From contig CAJQSQ010000012.1 in NCBI GenBank assembly GCA_905616395.1, forward strand, positions 14,188-78,187: a stretch of DNA of 64,000 bases, given 5' to 3'. Source of the stretch: an uncultured Candidatus Pelagibacter sp. Lineage in GTDB: Bacteria > Pseudomonadota > Alphaproteobacteria > Pelagibacterales > Pelagibacteraceae. Shown here piece by piece: positions 61,553 to 64,000 of the stretch. The translations under genes and the position numbers were made by a program. Numbering within the stretch: the stretch's first letter is position 1; every line of letters begins with the position of its first letter. Below the pieces are notes generated by a model that was not told the origin of the DNA, did not search any database, and was given only the letters and a program-made list of their open reading frames with translations.

Positions 61553-63834
61553 TTTTTTTTATAGTCAATTACATCAGCAGAGTATGCAGCAACAGACGCT
61601 AAATTTATTATTTCTGATGTAGAGGATCTTAGAGGTGCTATTTCAATGGGTTGACCTAATCCAATTAAAAGAGGACCAATAACTTTGGTGTCACCTAAGC
61701 TTTTCATCATTTTATATGAAATAGCAGCGCTGTGTTGACCTGGCATTATTAATATATTTGCATTTCCTACAATACTTGAGAAAGGGTATAGTTCTTTGTA
61801 TTCTTCATTTAAAGCAACATCTGGCTGCATGTCACCATCAAAATCAAAATCTACATCTTTCTCTTTTAAAATCTCAACAGCCTTCTTTATGTGTTTAGTT
61901 CTACTTGTAAGGGGCTGACCAAAAGTAGAATGAGAAACAAAAGCAACTTTTGGAACAAAGCCAAATAGCTTAACTACTCTCGCAGCAGATATAGCTATTT
62001 CTGCAAGCTCTTCGGAACTTGGATACTCGTTTACACTTGTGTCTCCAACAAAAATAGTTTTCCCTTTTGAAACAACCATATTCAAACCAAACATTATCTC
62101 ACCTGCTCTTGGGTCTATCACTTGTGTTATCTTATCTAAAGATGCTCCAAATCTTCTAGTATTTCCTGTAACTGCACCATCAGCATCACCACATGCAACC
62201 ATACAAGATGCCCATATGACTCTATCATTTCTTACAAGTCTATCGCAGTCTCTTTCTAAAAGACCTTGCTCTCTTTGCATTTTTTTAAATAAATAATTGA
62301 CATATTTTTCTCGCTTTTCTGAATCTGTAGAATTTATTATTTCAATACCAAAATGATCGTCGTAACCAATTTCTTTTATTCTTTCTTTAATCTTTTCTTT
62401 TTTACCAACTAAAATTGGAATTCCTAATTTTGAATTTTTAAATGCGATTGCTGCTTTAAGAGTGTTTTTATCCTCACCATCCGCAAAAACAATTCTTTTT
62501 TGATTTTTTTTAATATAAGAATTAATACCCTGCATAATTGTAAGAGACGGATTAAGTCTTTGTTTGAGTTGTTCTTTATATATTTCAAAATCATCAATAT
62601 TTTTTCTTGCAACACCACTATCCATTGCAGCCTTTGCAACAGCCGCAGGTATTACACTTATTAATCTTGGATCAAATGTTGAAGGTATAATATATTCTTT
62701 TCCATAATGAGGTCTATCACCACCCATTGCTGCTACGACTTCATCAGGAACATCTTCTCTTGTTAGCTTTGCTATAGCATCTGCGGCAGCTACTTTCATT
62801 TCTTCATTGATAGTTTTTGCCCTTACATCAAGAGCTCCTCTAAACACATAAGGAAACCCAATTAAATTATTTACTTGGTTGGGATAATCTGATCTTCCAG
62901 TAGCAATAATAGCATCATTTCTCACTTCCTGTATCTCCTCAGGTGTAATTTCTGGGTCAGGGTTAGCACAAGCAAAAATTATAGGATTTTTTGCCATCTT
63001 TTTTACCATATCTTTGGAAAGAGCACCTTTTGCAGAAAGCCCTAAAAAAACATCAGCATTATTAATGGCCTCATCTAATGTTCTATTTTTTGTTTCAATG
63101 GCATGAGATGATTTCCATTGGTTTAATCCTTCTCTGCCTCGATAGATTACTCCAGATCTATCCACCATAGTTATATTTTGTTGAGGTACACCGCTATTTT
63201 TAAATAAATTAGTACAAGCCATTGCTGATGCACCAGCACCATTCACAACGACTTTAATTTCTTTTATTGATTTATTGGATATATCTAGGGCATTAATTAA
63301 TGCAGCAGTTGTAATAATTGCAGTACCATGCTGATCATCATGAAAAACAGGAATATCTAAAAGCTCTTTTAATTTTTCTTCAATTATAAAACAATCAGGA
63401 GCCGCAATATCTTCTAAATTAATACCACCAAAACTACAGGCAAAGTTTTTGATACTATTAATAATTTCGTCAGGGTCTTGCGAGTCAATTTCTAGGTCAA
63501 TAGAATCTATATCGGCAAATCTTTTAAATAAAACTGCTTTTCCTTCCATCACAGGTTTAGATGCTAGTGCCCCTAAATTACCCATTCCTAAAATAGCCGA
63601 GCCATTACTTATGACTGCAACTAAATTTCCTTTAGATGTATAATCATAGGCAGCTTCTGGGTCATCAGCAATTGCTTGCACTGGTACAGCAACACCTGGA
63701 GAATAGGCTAGTGCTAAATCTCTTTTTGTGGTCATTGGTTTAGAAGAATTGATCTCAATTTTTCCAGGTTTATTCTTGCTGTGGAAATCTAAAGCTTCCT
63801 TATCGGTGTAATGGTCTATTTTAGTTTTTTTCAT
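61549..63834 (-). CDS. maeB: NADP-dependent malic enzyme (MaeB, PTA-like C-terminal domain)
   Basis: LAYSPGVA, PVMEGKA, INLEDI, FHDDQHGTA, GAGASA, ATGRSDYPNQVNN. Confidence 0.96.
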   Translation of the reverse strand: MKKTKIDHYTDKEALDFHSKNKPGKIEINSSKPMTTKRDLALAYSPGVAVPVQAIADDPEAAYDYTSKGNLVAVISNGSAILGMGNLGALASKPVMEGKAVLFKRFADIDSIDLEIDSQDPDEIINSIKNFACSFGGINLEDIAAPDCFIIEEKLKELLDIPVFHDDQHGTAIITTAALINALDISNKSIKEIKVVVNGAGASAMACTNLFKNSGVPQQNITMVDRSGVIYRGREGLNQWKSSHAIETKNRTLDEAINNADVFLGLSAKGALSKDMVKKMAKNPIIFACANPDPEITPEEIQEVRNDAIIATGRSDYPNQVNNLIGFPYVFRGALDVRAKTINEEMKVAAADAIAKLTREDVPDEVVAAMGGDRPHYGKEYIIPSTFDPRLISVIPAAVAKAAMDSGVARKNIDDFEIYKEQLKQRLNPSLTIMQGINSYIKKNQKRIVFADGEDKNTLKAAIAFKNSKLGIPILVGKKEKIKERIKEIGYDDHFGIEIINSTDSEKREKYVNYLFKKMQREQGLLERDCDRLVRNDRVIWASCMVACGDADGAVTGNTRRFGASLDKITQVIDPRAGEIMFGLNMVVSKGKTIFVGDTSVNEYPSSEELAEIAISAARVVKLFGFVPKVAFVSHSTFGQPLTSRTKHIKKAVEILKEKDVDFDFDGDMQPDVALNEEYKELYPFSSIVGNANILIMPGQHSAAISYKMMKSLGDTKVIGPLLIGLGQPIEIAPLRSSTSEIINLASVAAYSADVIDYKKN

Positions 63835-63884
63835 TTATGTTAATTAGATATACAAATGGAGCGAATTTAAGACTAATATGATTT

Positions 63885-64000
63885 ATGAACTTAATTAAGT
63901 CAACAGGCACATTTAGTTTTTTTACCATAATAAGTAGATTATTGGGCTATATAAGAGACATATTGATAGCTGTGTTCCTTGGTGCAGGCCCATTAGCAGA
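63885..64000 (+). CDS. murJ: Lipid II flippase MurJ, N-terminal fragment (runs off window)
   Basis: Manual translation MNLIKSTGTFSFFTIISRLLGYIRDILIAVFLGAGPLA, the MurJ/MviN SR.LG..RD motif. Confidence 0.9.
   Translation, partial: MNLIKSTGTFSFFTIISRLLGYIRDILIAVFLGAGPLA

Noticed and set aside
609-63643. Numerous short ORFs in the track antisense to or nested in long genes (e.g. 609-803, 5434-5700, 26555-26869, 54004-54429, 55132-55468)
   Set aside because: They overlap well-supported conserved genes and have no recognisable motifs; they are shadow ORFs.
1-64000. CRISPR arrays, rRNA genes, IS transposases, intact prophage genes
   Set aside because: No regularly spaced repeats, rRNA-like sequence, transposase or phage structural ORFs were seen.

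Overview
AT-rich alphaproteobacterial chromosome segment that looks like a Pelagibacterales (SAR11) genome; this is inferred from gene content, tight packing and the loss of usual alphaproteobacterial neighbours. Most of the window is core backbone around the predicted replication origin: hemC/tsaD, acs and a solute symporter, rpe-purH, ftsK-lolA, the his cluster, hslVU, secB, dnaQ-coaE-aroE-maf, a candidate oriC, hemE-hemH-hemG-rho-mnmE-mnmG-rsmG-parAB with a parS site, leuS, a porin, dnaK-dnaJ, grpE, maeB and the start of murJ. The standout is a roughly 6 kb accessory island (2088-8135) inserted exactly at the start codon of the EVE-domain gene that follows tsaD. It is flanked by a 21-bp direct repeat encoding MQYWLMK. 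It carries a truncated tyrosine-integrase N-terminal fragment, a decayed MORN-like pseudogene and a five-gene nonulosonic (sialic) acid operon whose NeuB and NeuC resemble true Neu5Ac enzymes. A second anomaly sits beside the candidate oriC, where an atypical ferrochelatase and a flavodoxin-type HemG occupy the usual hemH-hemJ slot. No database searches were run; family calls come from recognised motifs and synteny.
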